Positions 1 through 13,692 of a stretch of DNA of 64,000 nucleotides are shown in pieces (within the stretch, counting starts at the first letter, position 1; each line of letters begins with the position of its first letter). The DNA is from an uncultured delta proteobacterium (GTDB lineage: Bacteria; Myxococcota_A; Polyangia; Polyangiales; Polyangiaceae). The position numbers and the translations under genes are program-made. The stretch is from NCBI GenBank assembly GCA_963841435.1, contig CAWJCS010000003.1, positions 64,001 through 128,000 of the forward strand, given 5' to 3'. The notes below the pieces were generated by a model, which did not search any database, was not told the DNA's origin, and worked only from the letters and a program-made list of their open reading frames with translations.

Positions 1-2245
<2,245 letters not shown>

Positions 2246-2264
2246 GTCGGGTTTTTGCCTTTTG

Positions 2265-3203
2265 TCATGGCTTCTCGCAAAAGACGCTCACGATTTCGAA
2301 ATGGGGCTTTTTGCGCTCGCGCGACGTGATCGCCGCGAGCTCGACGGTGAGGCCGCGTTCTTCGCACAGCGCCTGGAGCGCGATCGAGGAAAAACCGCCA
2401 TTTTCGTGACCGTAGCTGCGCGTGAGCGCCTGGTGCGGATGCTCGGCCAGCGTCACGAACGAAGAGCGACCTCCGGGGCGGAGCACGCGTGCGGCCTCCG
2501 AAACGACCACGCGCGGCTCACTCGCGTAGGTGAGCACGTTGAGCAGGAGAACCTCGTCGAAACAGGCGTCGCCGAAGGGCAACCCGTGCATATCGCCTTT
2601 GACGAAGCTCACGTTTTCGTGGCGCCCGAGCCGACGGCGCGCGGCCTCGAGCATGCGTTCGCTCGAGTCGAGCAGCGTGACGCTGCGGGCGCGGGTGACA
2701 TAGAGCTCGGCGACGGCGCCGTCGCCCGAGCCCACGTCGAGCACGTCGCCGAAGCGCGTGAGGCCGAGCAGCCCGCGCGCCGTCGCGTCCCAGGTTCGAC
2801 CCGGCGAGTAGTGCCGCTCGAGCTCGCCCGCGACCGAATCGACCCACGAGCCCGCGCGCTCGCGCAACAGCGCCTCGCGCCGGGCGCGGTCCCCCTCGAG
2901 CACGGCATCGCCCAGCTGAGCGGTGACGAGCTCCCAGAGCGCGCGCGCCGCAGCCGGCGTCGCCGGCCCCGCCTGCGTGTAGAACGTCGAGGCGCCGAGC
3001 TTGCGATCTCGCAGCATTCCCGACTCCCGGAGCCGGGCGAGGTGCGTCGAGACGCGCGACTGGGGCAGCCCCGTGATGTTCGTGAGCTCGGCGACGGTGA
3101 GCTCCTCGTCGGCCAGCAGCGACAGCAGACGCACCCGCGTCGGATCGGCAAAAGCCTGCAAGAGCGAGACGGAGGCCTCGAGGGAAACGGTACTATCAAT
3201 CAA
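2265..3203 (-). CDS. ArsR-HTH + SAM-dependent methyltransferase-like regulator (SahR/SamR type)
   Basis: N-terminal FADPTRVRLL...ELTVAEL...QSRVSTHLARLRESG (ArsR HTH); C-terminal VLDVGSGDG, GDMHGLPF, RVLRPGG. Directly upstream of metH. In-frame TTG 3203 chosen as start; start uncertain. Confidence 0.88.
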   Translation of the reverse strand: MIDSTVSLEASVSLLQAFADPTRVRLLSLLADEELTVAELTNITGLPQSRVSTHLARLRESGMLRDRKLGASTFYTQAGPATPAAARALWELVTAQLGDAVLEGDRARREALLRERAGSWVDSVAGELERHYSPGRTWDATARGLLGLTRFGDVLDVGSGDGAVAELYVTRARSVTLLDSSERMLEAARRRLGRHENVSFVKGDMHGLPFGDACFDEVLLLNVLTYASEPRVVVSEAARVLRPGGRSSFVTLAEHPHQALTRSYGHENGGFSSIALQALCEERGLTVELAAITSRERKKPHFEIVSVFCEKP

Positions 3204-3246
3204 TCCGGATGAACGGATTATAGCTCCCGCACCGTGCCGGGTGCAA
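3195..3246 (-). promoter_or_regulatory. sigma70-type promoter (TTGCAC-N18-TATAAT) overlapped by a palindromic operator
   Basis: Minus strand TTGCAC at 3246-3241 and TATAAT at 3222-3217. Inverted repeat AATCCG-N6-CGGATT at 3202-3219 and an overlapping ATCAA-N6-CGGAT at 3195-3210. Confidence 0.7.
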
Positions 3247-3298
3247 GGACGGCACCGGGCCCCCTTTCGATCCGCCTCGCATGCAGTACATCTGCGAT

Positions 3299-4216
3299 AT
3301 GGCCCCGGCGCTCCACGAGCAAATCCAATCCACCGTCGAAGCAAATCCAGTGGTGCTGTACATGAAGGGGACGCGCGCGCGACCGCAGTGCGGCTTCTCG
3401 GCCTCGGTGGTCGGGATCCTCGACGGCCTGCTCGCCGACTACGTGACCGTCAACGTGCTCGACGATGCCGCGCTCCGCGAGGGCATCAAGGAGTTTTCGT
3501 CGTGGCCCACGATCCCCCAGCTCTACGTGCGCGGAAAGTTCGTGGGCGGCGCGGACATCGTGGCGGCGCTCGAGCACTCGGGCGTGCTTCGCGAAACGCT
3601 CGGAGAGCTCGCCGCAACCAAGGTTCCCCAGATCCGCATCTCGGCCACGGCGCGAGCGGAGCTCACGGGCGCGCTCGAAAGCAAAGACGAGTGCATCCGC
3701 CTCGACGTGAGCCCCGTCTTCGACCACGACCTTGCCGTCGGCGTGCCCGAGCCGCGCGACATAATCGTCGATCTCGGTGACGGTCTGCGCGTCTCGTTGC
3801 CGCCGAGCGCAGCGCGGCGTGCCGATGGCATCACGATCGATCTCGTGGCGACCCCCGAGGGGCCGGCCTTCAAGATCGACAATCCGAACGAGCCGCCGCG
3901 CGTGAAGCAACTCTCGCCACGCGAGCTCGCCGCACGCTTGGAACGCGGCGACGATGTCGTGATGCTCGACGTGCGACCGGAAGGCGAGCGGCGCCTGGCA
4001 AGCTTCGAGGGCCTCACACCGCTCGAAGAGAGCGTGCTCGACGGGCTCGAGAACGGCGCACCGGAGCGAGCGCTCGTCCTCGTGTGCCACCACGGGATGC
4101 GTAGCCAGAGCGTCGCCGAGGAGCTCGTGCAACGCGGTCTCAAGAACGTGCACAACCTCGCGGGCGGCATCGACGCCTGGTCGGCAGACGTCGACCCGCG
4201 CGTGCCGCGCTACTGA
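3299..4216 (+). CDS. Monothiol glutaredoxin (Grx4) fused to an IscA/HesB-like domain and a rhodanese
   Basis: YMKG...PQCGFS, WPTIPQLYV.G.FVGGADI; middle IDLVATPEGPAFKIDNPN; C-terminal LDVR, CHHGMRS, NLAGGIDAW. Confidence 0.9.
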   Translation: MAPALHEQIQSTVEANPVVLYMKGTRARPQCGFSASVVGILDGLLADYVTVNVLDDAALREGIKEFSSWPTIPQLYVRGKFVGGADIVAALEHSGVLRETLGELAATKVPQIRISATARAELTGALESKDECIRLDVSPVFDHDLAVGVPEPRDIIVDLGDGLRVSLPPSAARRADGITIDLVATPEGPAFKIDNPNEPPRVKQLSPRELAARLERGDDVVMLDVRPEGERRLASFEGLTPLEESVLDGLENGAPERALVLVCHHGMRSQSVAEELVQRGLKNVHNLAGGIDAWSADVDPRVPRY

Positions 4217-6176
4217 GCTCCGTCGCGCGACGTTGTCTCGAAGCTCGGCCCGGGACGCTTGGTCGCCTTTGCGCGCGCCTCGGCGAGCTTCTTCGTGCCC
4301 CTCAGGCAACCCCAACAATCGCCGAGAGCCAGAATCCCGCAGCCACGCCGCGCGGCCAGACGATCGAGCGTGGGCAAGACGCGCGCGTCACCGCGCTCGA
4401 TGACGCGCGAAAGCAGGCTGTCGGCTTCGCGACAGCGCCGCCGGCGCTCGGCGCGCTCGAGATCGAGCACGAGGCCGAGCTCCGCGCTCGCGTGCTCCTG
4501 AACGGCGGTGTCGTCGATGAAAGCCCGAGCGCGGCGGTTGATCGCGGCGAGCGCCGGGTCCTTCTGCGTGGCCACCCACGCGTCGTAGAGCGCGTCGAGG
4601 CCACCCGAGCCGAGCTGGTGCGCAGCGAGACGCATGGCCTCCTCGTGGGCGACCTCGTCGACGATGCCGCGGCGCACGTCGGCGATCAGAAGCGGGTCTT
4701 GTCGCAGCTGCGAGAAGGAAAGCATCGCAGACTTGTACGCGGCCATGCAGTCTGCCATCTCACGGCGCACGCAGCGTCCGTGACCGAGGGCACGTAGATC
4801 CTCGAGGCTCGGTTCGGGCTGCTTCGCGAGCTCGGCGAGCGCAGGCTCGTCGCCGGCCTGCGCGCGGGCGACGAGCTTTCGGTGGCGCTCCGCCGCCGGC
4901 TCCACGCTCGGAGCCGGCGCCGCCGCGCCGTCGAGCGCCACGCCGGGTGTGGACCCGCCGCGGAGGCGCGCGCGCGGGACGACGACCAGCGTGATCAGCA
5001 TGCCGGCCAGCACGAGCACGAGCCCGACCGCCGCGAGCTTCACGACGGGCGCCTCGAGCGGGCCGAGCCGGACGCGACGCGTGAGCCAGGGCAGCCGCGT
5101 GCCGGCGCTCGCCGCCAAGCGGAACGCGGTCCTCGCGGCGCGGCGCGCGAGGCGAGAGCCTTCGTGCGCGGCGTGCGCGAACAGGCTGAGCGCCGCGGCT
5201 CCGGTGGGGCGGTCGGCGCCACCGGGGGGCGACGAGCGGGCTCCGGGGGGATCGAGCCGGGAGGCGCGATACTGGGGTCCTCGAGCAAGCGATCGATGGC
5301 GGCGACGACGGCGGCGGCGCCGTCCGGACGATCATCGGGCTTCTTCTCGAGCAGGAAGCTCACGAGCGACTGAACGCCGGTCGGGACGCTGCTCGGCAGC
5401 GACGGCGGGGGCTGAGTAACGTGTCGCGTGATCAGGACGACGACGTCATCGGCGTCGAAAGGGATCTTGCCGCAGAGCATCTCGTAGAGCATCACGCCGA
5501 GCGCGTAGAGGTCCGCGCGGTGATCGACCGTGTGGCCCTGGGCCTGCTCGGGGGACATGTACTCCGGCGTGCCGAAGATCGTGCCAATCTGCGTGAGCGG
5601 CTGCTGCCCCGCGGTGTCACCCAGGCTGAGCTTGGCGATGCCGAAGTCGAGCAGCTTCACCCAGTCGGGAAAGCCCTCGCGGTCGACGAGCATGACGTTG
5701 TCAGGCTTGAGATCACGATGGACGATGCCGGCGGCGTGCGCGGCGGCAAGCCCCTCGGCGATCTGCCGGGCGATGAGCAGCGCGCGGAGCGGTGGCAGCG
5801 GACCCCGCGCGATCAGCGCCGCCAGGCTGTTGCCTTCGACGTACTCGAGCGCGAGGTAACACGAGCCGTCGTCGAGCTTGCCGAAGTCGGTGGCCGCCGC
5901 GACGTTCGGGTGCTCGATGCGCCCGGCGGCGACGGCCTCGCGCTCGAAGCGAGCGACGACCTCGGGCAACGTGGTCATGTGGCGGTGCAGGATCTTGACT
6001 GCCACCGCCTTTTTCATGTGCACGTGCTCCGCGCGGTACACGATGCCCATGGCGCCCGCGCCGAGCACCTTCACGATGCGGTAGCGCCCCCCGAGCACGC
6101 TGCCCACGCGCGGGTCGGAGTCGGCGGTGGCGCGGGGCTGGTTCACGGGCGGATATTTTGGGCGGCCGGGTGCCAC
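4210..6176 (-). CDS. Membrane-anchored Ser/Thr protein kinase; frameshift near 5197
   Basis: LGAGAMGIVY, VAVKIL, HRDLKPDN, DFG, GTPEYMSPE in 5040..6176. Continues in frame 4210..5118 with a TM helix and a helical C-terminal domain ending in a Cys motif (GCG..GDCWGCLR). Confidence 0.88.
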
Positions 6177-6205
6177 ACGTCGAGCCCTGCTGCCGCGTCC
6201 AACGT

Positions 6206-7306
6206 TCAGCGCTTGCCGGGCAGGAGCCGTGGCGGCCCACCGGCCGCGCTCCCTCGCACGCCGCGGTGGAGCACGAGCTTTCTGCCCGCCTCACGGCCTT
6301 TGGCGTACGCGTCGCCCGAGCGCGTGACGTGGTGCTGGGTCATGCGGATGCGCGGGTGCCGGACGCGGAAGAACGCGTGGAGGTCCCCGTCGCCGCGATA
6401 TACGAGCCCCTCGGCGGCGTGCTTGTGCCGCTCCCGCTCGAGCTTTTCACGAAACCCCGCAACGAGCCCCGCCAGAAAGCGCTCGCGATCGCCGCGGACG
6501 AGGCGGCCCTGGGCGAGCCGGTACTCGCGAAACAGCCGCTCGCCCGTGTGGCTCACGAACGCGTGAACGTAGGAGGCAAGCTCGAGGTTCTCGGGCGTGC
6601 CACAGACCTCGAGCACCGTCCCGCGCTTGCCCTCGAGCACGCGCCACACGGGCACCCAGATCACCTCGACGAAGAAGTGCTCGCCGAGAAGCGCCGCGAG
6701 CTGCCGCTGGCTCTCTCCCACCCTGCCCGCGGGAACCCCGAGGTGCAAATAGTCGTAGTCGGCGCGGCGCCCGCGTGCCGACACCTCCACGTTGTACTTG
6801 AGCATCAAGCGCTGCGCCGCGCTCATCGCCGCCTGCGCCTCGTGCTCGTTCTGGCTCTCGGCGAGCGCCAAGAGCTTGGCGATGCGATCGAGCACGTGCG
6901 TCTCGCGCAGGCTCTCGCGTGGGGCGCCCGCGGCGCGCGCGTCGATGCCGCGCTCGGCGCACACGCGACGATACAGCGGGCCGTGCGGCACCTCGTCGCG
7001 CACGCCGAGCACCTCGTCGACGTACTGGTGCGCCATTTCGTGCTTCAAGACCTCGACGAGCACCCCCCAGCCGTGCTCGACGAGCAACCCGCGCGAGAGC
7101 TCGAGCGTGCGCGTGGCGCCGATCCAGCGTCCGAGCCGGCCGCCTGCATCCGAGAGCTCGAAGGCGGGGGTCCGGAGGCTCGCGCGGAAGAGCGCGTGAT
7201 CGAGATCGTCGTACGTCGCACGGACGGCGCGGAGCGCGAGCCGCTGGAGCTCGAGCGACAGCGCGGCGCGGGGGGTGCTAGGCTCGGTTTTCCCGGAGTC
7301 CTTCAT
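6206..7306 (-). CDS. SprT-like zinc metallopeptidase + DUF2786 domain protein
   Basis: LKHEMAHQ...HGP (SprT HExxH) and [22 protein letters not shown]...AQRLM.KYN (DUF2786). Start uncertain. Confidence 0.8.
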   Translation of the reverse strand: MKDSGKTEPSTPRAALSLELQRLALRAVRATYDDLDHALFRASLRTPAFELSDAGGRLGRWIGATRTLELSRGLLVEHGWGVLVEVLKHEMAHQYVDEVLGVRDEVPHGPLYRRVCAERGIDARAAGAPRESLRETHVLDRIAKLLALAESQNEHEAQAAMSAAQRLMLKYNVEVSARGRRADYDYLHLGVPAGRVGESQRQLAALLGEHFFVEVIWVPVWRVLEGKRGTVLEVCGTPENLELASYVHAFVSHTGERLFREYRLAQGRLVRGDRERFLAGLVAGFREKLERERHKHAAEGLVYRGDGDLHAFFRVRHPRIRMTQHHVTRSGDAYAKGREAGRKLVLHRGVRGSAAGGPPRLLPGKR

Positions 7307-9621
7307 GAAAAACGACGATGCGCTCCGCTATCACGAGCGCGGGCGTCCCGGAAAGATCGAGGTCGTCTCGACGAAGCCCGTCGCGTCCCAGCTCGATCTT
7401 TCCCTCGCCTACACGCCCGGAGTCGCCGCCCCCTGCCGCGAGATCTTCAGAGACCCCGAGCTCGTCAGCCGCTACACGGCGCGCCAGAACCTGGTCGCCG
7501 TCGTCACGAACGGCACGGCCGTGCTCGGTCTCGGCAACCTCGGCCCGCTCGCCGCGAAGCCCGTCATGGAGGGCAAGGCGGTGCTCTTCAAGCGCTTTGC
7601 CGACATCGACGTGTTCGACATCGAGGTCGACGAGACCGACCCGGCGCGGTTCATCGAGGTCGTGCGCGCGCTCGAACCGACGTTCGGCGGCATCAACCTC
7701 GAGGACATCCGCGCACCGGACTGCTTCGTGATCGAACGGGCGTTGCGCCAGCGCATGAGCATTCCCGTGTTTCACGACGACCAGCACGGCACGGCGATCA
7801 TCTCCGCGGCGGCGCTCCGTAACGCCGCCGAGCTCCAGGGCAAGGCGCTCGGTGAGCTCGCAGTCTGCTGCCTCGGCGCGGGCGCCGCTGCGACGAGCTG
7901 CATGCAGATGTGGGTGCGGCTCGGCGTGCGGCGCGAAAACGTCACCATGGTCGACGTGAACGGCGTGCTCGGCGAGGGTCGGCCCGACCTCGACGAGTTC
8001 CGGGCCGAATTCGCCCGCCCCGCGAGCGATCCGCGCCGGACGCTCGCCGACGCCATCGTGGATGCCGACGTCTTGATCGGGCTCTCGGCGGGTGGCCTCG
8101 TGACGCCCGCCATGCTGAAGACCATGGGCAAGAAGCCGATCATCTTCGCGCTCGCCAATCCCGACCCCGAGATCGGCTACGCCGACGCGATCGCGGCTCG
8201 GCCCGACGCCGTCGTCGCCACGGGGCGCAGTGACTTTCCGAACCAGGTCAACAACGTGCTCGGCTTCCCGTTCATCTTCCGCGGGGCGCTCGACGCGCGT
8301 GCCAGCACCATCACCGAAGAGATGAAGGTCGCCGCCGCCGAGGCTCTCGCCCAGCTCGCGCGCGAGGAAGTCACCGACGAGGTGCTGCGCGCCTACGGCC
8401 GGCACCGCATGCGCTTCGGTCGCGACTACGTGATTCCGAAGCCGTTCGACAATCGCGTGCTCTACTGGGTGGCGCCGGCCGTCGCCAAGGCGGCCGTAGC
8501 GTCCGGCGTCGCCCGCGAGCAGATCGACATCGACGAGTACAAGGAGCGGCTCTACCGCACGATCTCCGCCGACGCGCCGCGTGCTCTGGAACATCACCGA
8601 AACCGCCAAATCGAAGAAAAAGCGCATCGTTTTCCCGGAAGGCGACAGCGACTCCATCCTGCGCGCCGCCCACGTCGTCATCGAGGCGGGCATCGCCGAG
8701 CCCGTGCTGCTCGGCTCGCGCGAGCGCCTCACCGACCTCGCCGAACGCCTCGGCTTCGATCTCGAGGGCGCGCTGATCATCGACCCACGCGAGAGCGACC
8801 AGCTCGACCACTACGTCGACGTGTACTTTCGCAAGCGCCAGCGGCGCGGCGTGACGCGCCTGGCGGCATTGAAGGAGCTCCGGCGCTCGCGCACGGCGTT
8901 CGGCATGGTCATGGTCGCCGAGGGCGACGCCGACGGGCTCGTCGCGGGCGTACGCCAGCCGTACCCGGCCACGATCCGCCCCGCTCTCCAGATCATCGGC
9001 GTCAGGCCGGGCGTCAAGCACGCCGCCGGCATGTACATGGTGGTCACCAAGCAGGGCGTGCGCTTTCTCGCCGACACCACCATCAACATCGACCCCGACG
9101 CGGAGACGCTCGCCGAGATCGCCATGCTGGCCGCCGACGCCGTCGCCGAGCTCGGCGTGGAACCGCGCGTCGCGATGCTCTCGTTCTCGAACTTCGGCGA
9201 CGCGCCGCACCCGGCGTCCAAGAAAGTGGCAGAAGCCGCGGCCATCGTGCAGCGCCTGCGCCCCGAGCTGATGATCGACGGCGAAATGCAGGCGAACGTC
9301 GCGCTCGACGAGGACGCTCGCGCCGTCTACGCGTTCTCGAAGCTCAAGGGTCCGGCGAACGTGCTCATCTTCCCGAACCTCGACGCGGGCAACGCCGCCT
9401 ACAAGCTGCTCGCCGTGAGCGGCGCCGCCGACGTGATCGGCCCGATGGTGCTCGGGCTGCAGAAGCCCGTGAACGTGCTTCAACAGGGTGCGAGCGTCGA
9501 CTCCATCGTGCACATGACGGCCATCACGGCGGCCGAGGGCGCGAGCCGCGTCAACGGAGCCACGCCGAGCCCGGCCGGGAAGCCCGAGCGCGCGTCGCGC
9601 CCGCCACGCGCGAACGGTTGA
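7305..9621 (+). CDS. maeB: NADP-dependent malic enzyme with PTA-like domain; frameshift near 8567
   Basis: [66 protein letters not shown]; second frame RIVFPEG...DGEMQA...[16 protein letters not shown] at 7295. Confidence 0.95.
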
Positions 9622-9652
9622 GACCCTTGCGACGCGCCGCGCCCTCTTTTTT

Positions 9653-10561
9653 TCACGGGCGCCGGATCGCTTCCCATTCTTCGATCGTCTTCGGCCAATC
9701 GTCCTTCATGAGCTTCGAGAGCGAACGATCGGCGAGCAGCTTTCCGCCCGTCTGACAGCGCGGGCAGTAGTTGATCTCGTTCTCGGCGCGCACGATGCGC
9801 TGCACCGGAGTGCCGCACACGGGGCACGGCTCGCGGTAGCGCCCGTGCACCGCCATACCCGGGCGAAAGGCCGTCACTTTCCTGGGGAAATCTGCGCCCG
9901 TCTCTGCTTGGAGACGCTCGGTCCACTCCGAAAGGACACGCTTCGTCGCCGCGCGGAGCCGATCGATCTCCTCGGGGCTCAAGCGGGTGCTCCACTTGAG
10001 CGGCGAAAGGCCGGCGGCAAACAGGATCTCGTCGGAGTACGCGTTGCCGATGCCGCTGAAGGCGTGCGGATCGGTGAGCGCACGCTTCAGCGTGTGATTT
10101 TCGCGCGTGAGAGCGCGCACGAAGCCGTCGCGATCGACACCGAGCGGGTTGACGCCGCCGGGGTCGTGCTCGGCGAGCGCCGCCCGGCCTCCGACGACGT
10201 GAAGCGACGCGCGCCGCTTGCTGCCCGCCTCCGTGAGCACGAGGCTCGCGTGGGGAAAGTCGAACGACGCGAGCGTGATCTTGTTCGAGAGCTGCGGGGC
10301 GGTCGCCACGGGCTCGAACCACTTGAACCGCCCTGCGATCATCAGGTGCACGACGAGGTAGAGCTCGCCCTCGAGACCGACGACGATGCGCTTGCCGAGC
10401 CGCGACAGCGAAACGACCTCGCGCCCGTGGGCGCTCTCGAGCGACGGCTCCACGGAACGTAGCAAAAAGGGCCTGCGCAGCCGCACGCGCTCGAGCCGCC
10501 TGCCGACGATGCGCGGCTCGAGCGCCGCGAGATAAAGCGCGATGTCGGGAAGCTCCGGCAC
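9653..10561 (-). CDS. mutM: Fpg/Nei family DNA glycosylase
   Basis: [23 protein letters not shown], zinc finger CPVCG...YCPRCQ. Confidence 0.92.
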   Translation of the reverse strand: MPELPDIALYLAALEPRIVGRRLERVRLRRPFLLRSVEPSLESAHGREVVSLSRLGKRIVVGLEGELYLVVHLMIAGRFKWFEPVATAPQLSNKITLASFDFPHASLVLTEAGSKRRASLHVVGGRAALAEHDPGGVNPLGVDRDGFVRALTRENHTLKRALTDPHAFSGIGNAYSDEILFAAGLSPLKWSTRLSPEEIDRLRAATKRVLSEWTERLQAETGADFPRKVTAFRPGMAVHGRYREPCPVCGTPVQRIVRAENEINYCPRCQTGGKLLADRSLSKLMKDDWPKTIEEWEAIRRP

Positions 10562-10761
10562 GCCGCCGTGACGCTAGCAGGGGGCGCGCGGCCCGACATC
10601 GGAGACGCTCCCGATGCGACGGTTCTTGGTTTGGGCGACCGCCGTTTCTGCGCCGTGAAGCGGCTCCGGGCCGTGCCGTTCCACCCGGCCGGGCCAGCGA
10701 AAAGGCCAGACGCCGCGCGGCTGCGTGCGAACGGAGCAAACGGTGGCATGCTCGGCTCCCC

Positions 10762-12223
10762 ATGGGCGACGACAGCTTTGCCGCGCTGATGAAGAAGGCT
10801 CAGGACAGCGGCGCAGTGACGGGCCGCCGTCTGCAGGCAGGCGAGGTCCTCAAGGTGCGAGTGATGCAGATCGCGGGGGACTCGATCTTCGTCGACTGCG
10901 GCACGCCCGGCGACGGCCGCATCGCCCGCGTCGAGCTCGAAAACGATCGCGGTGAGCTTGCCGTCAAGGTCGGCTCCCTGCTCGAGGCCACCGTCATCGA
11001 CGCGCGTCCCGACGCGCCGAGGCTCACGGTCTCGATGGGCCGCCGCGGCGCCGTCGATACCTCCTCGCTCGAGCTCGCCCGCACGAGCGGCACCCCGGTC
11101 GTCGGCAAGGTCGAGCGGGCCGTGAAGGGCGGGCTCGAGATCTCGATCGGCGGTGTGCGGGCGTTTTGCCCCGCCTCCCAGGTCGAGCTCGGCTACACGG
11201 CGGACCTCGCGCCGTTCGTGGGGCAGGAGCTCGAGGTCCTCGTGATCGAGATCCGCGACGGCGGGCGCAGCATCGTCGTTTCGCGGCGAGCGCTGCTCGA
11301 GGAGCAACGCCGCCGCACGGCGAGCGAGCTCGTGGCGCGGCTCGTGCCCGGCAGCGACGTTGAGGGCACGATCGTGTCGCTCAACAAGCACGGCGCCGTC
11401 GTCGATTCTCGGCGGGCTCGACGGCTTCGTGCATCTTTCGGAGCTCGCGCGGCATCGCGTGGAGCGCGCCGAAGACGCCGTGACCGTCGGTGACACCGTG
11501 AAGGCCCGCGTTCTGAGCGTCGAGGAATCGGACAAGGGCCACCGCGTGCGGCTCTCGCTCAAGGCGCTGCAGGCGGCGGACCCCTCGGCGGCGCCCGCGC
11601 CGGACGAGGTGCTGCGCGCGCGCGTGGTCGCCGTGGGGCAACGCGGCATCACGGTGTTGACGCCGAAGGGCGAGGGCTTCGTGCCGCTCCCCGAGCTCGG
11701 CCTCGCGCCGGGCGCGGACCATCGCCGTGCGTTCCCGGCGGGCAAGGAGCTCGACGTCGTGCTCCTGTCGAACGCCGGCGGGCGGCCGCGCTTCAGCGCC
11801 ACGCAGGTGTCACGCGTGGAGGAGCGCCGGAACTACCGGGACTACACCAAGGACGCGAGCGGCTCGTCCCCCGCGCGCGGCTTCGGCATGCTCGGCGATC
11901 TCCTGCGCGAGCGCCTCGGTCTACCGGATCCGCCTCCCGCGCCCGCCGCGCCGACTCCGACCCCGACGGTCGCCGAGCCTCGGCCCGCCGCCGTGGCACC
12001 CGCGCCCGCCGCCGTGGCACCCGCGCCCGCCGCCGCTCCGAGCCCGGCACCGCCGGCGGCTCCGTCCGGCGCGACGCTCCGCGAGTCGTCCCCGCCGGTC
12101 GTCACGCCCGCTCATCGGTCGGCACCCACGGCGACGCTCGACGCGGCAGCGGACCCAGCACCCGCGACCTCGCGGGAGCACCGCGCCGATCCGCCCGGCA
12201 TCGTGCGGCGCAAGGCACGCTGA
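10762..12223 (+). CDS. Multi-S1-domain RNA-binding protein (RpsA paralogue) with Pro/Ala-rich tail; frameshift near 11407
   Basis: Four S1-like repeats (KGGLEISIGGVRAFCPASQV; LGGLDGFVHLSEL; GEGFVPLPEL), SFAALM at the N-terminus, GFGMLGDLL, low-complexity tail. Confidence 0.85.
11984..12035 (+). repeat. 21-bp in-frame tandem repeat (PAAVAPA) in the S1 protein tail
   Basis: CCCGCCGCCGTGGCACCCGCG occurs twice plus a partial third copy. Confidence 0.75.
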
Positions 12224-12293
12224 GCGCGAGCGCTCCGCGGCCTTTCAGCCGTGGACGGCGCTGAGCACCGGCAAGCGCTATGCTCGAGGCTTG

Positions 12294-13674
12294 GTGACAC
12301 GGGAGCGACCGAGCACAGCGGGCCCGAAGGACGGGTTCCGGGAGCAGCTGCTCGCCCGGCTGCTGAGGGCCGCGGGGGCGACGTTCTGCGGGGCTCCTCT
12401 TAGCGAGCGCGTGCGGCGGGCAGTCGAAGGCTCAGTTGACGGCGGGCTCCGCGGGCACGACCGGGAGCGGCGGCGCGGGCGGAGTGACGGCGGGCGCGGG
12501 TATGGGGGGCTCGTTCGGTGGCGGCACCGCGGGCGGCACCGGGGGCGCGGGCGGGAGCGGCGCGACGGGCGGCAGCATCGTCATCCCGCCTGACGACGGT
12601 GGCCTGCCGCCGCTCACGACCGAGCCCATGACCATCTGCATCGACTTCTCGGCGGTCGATGGTGGCACGAGCACCGGAGCCGGCGGCGAGGGCGGCGAGG
12701 CCGGAGCGCCCACGCTCGCGAGCTGCCCCTCTCCCGATCAAGTACCCGAGCTTCAGGGCATGCCGTGCACTTTGGTGAGCTCTCACACCGGCACGGGCTG
12801 GGACCTCGTCGAGGTCACGGCCGGCCCGCGGCTCGAGGGGACCGCCTGCTGCTACGACCTTCTCGTCCACAAAACCGAGTGCGTGTACGTCGGGCGCGCC
12901 TTCCTCGTTGACGAAGGGCTCGTGAAGGCGGTCGTGCGGGACGGCGGCGGCTGGCATTTCGGCGCTTCGCCCGACGTGGCATCGCTGTCGGACGCGACAC
13001 GGCGCGCGCTCGAGGAGGCGTGGCTCAAGGACGCGTTGTTCGAGCACGCCTCCGTCGCCACCTTCGCGCGGTTCGCCGTGCAGCTGCTCGGCGTGGGGGC
13101 GCCGTCACGCCTCCTGCATGCGACGCTTTCGGCCGGCAAGGACGAGATCCGTCACGCGGAGCTCTGCTTCTCGCTCGCGTCGGCCTACGCGGGGCGCGCG
13201 CTCGAGCCCGACGCGTTTCCCCTCGACGATCGCCTGCCCATCCAGCGCGACCTCGCCGACATCGTCAGCGAAACCATCGTCGAGGGCTGCATCGGCGAGA
13301 CGCTCGCCGCGCTGCAGGCCGAGGCGCAGCTCGCCGTCACCACGGACCCGGTCGTTCGGGAGAGCCTCATCGCGACGGTGGACGACGAGACGCGCCACGC
13401 CGAGCTCGCGTGGCAGGTCGTCGCCTGGGCACTCGCCGAAGGCGGCGAGCGCATCCGGCGCGTCGCCGAGCGCGCGTTTTCGAGCTTCGACCCCCCGCGC
13501 GCCCCCAACATCGACTTGCGCGGCGTGGACCGCGCCGCGTTCCGCGCCCACGGTCGGCTCGAGCCCGACGAAGCGCGCCGCGTCGCCCTCGAAGCGCTCA
13601 CGGCCGTCGTCCGACCCTGTGCCGCAGCATTGCTCGGCCGCGACGTGATGCCGCACCTCGCCGCCGCGGCCTGA
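12294..13674 (+). CDS. Lipoprotein with Gly-rich linker and ferritin-like di-metal domain; frameshift near 12387
   Basis: Removing one T gives GATFAGLLLASAC (lipobox). Then a Gly/Thr linker, CCY/GRAFLVD, and ligand motifs EHAS, DEIRH, EGCIGE, DETRH. Confidence 0.8.
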
Positions 13675-13692
13675 CCCCCGAAGGGGCGTCAG
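13671..13692. terminator. Hairpin between convergent genes
   Basis: CTGAC-CCCC-GAA-GGGG-C-GTCAG spans both stop codons. No U-tract. Confidence 0.4.

Noticed and set aside
2246-3298. SAM/cobalamin riboswitch for metH
   Set aside because: Only 19 bp separate metH from the regulator gene, and the upstream gap is filled by promoter/operator; no riboswitch motifs seen.
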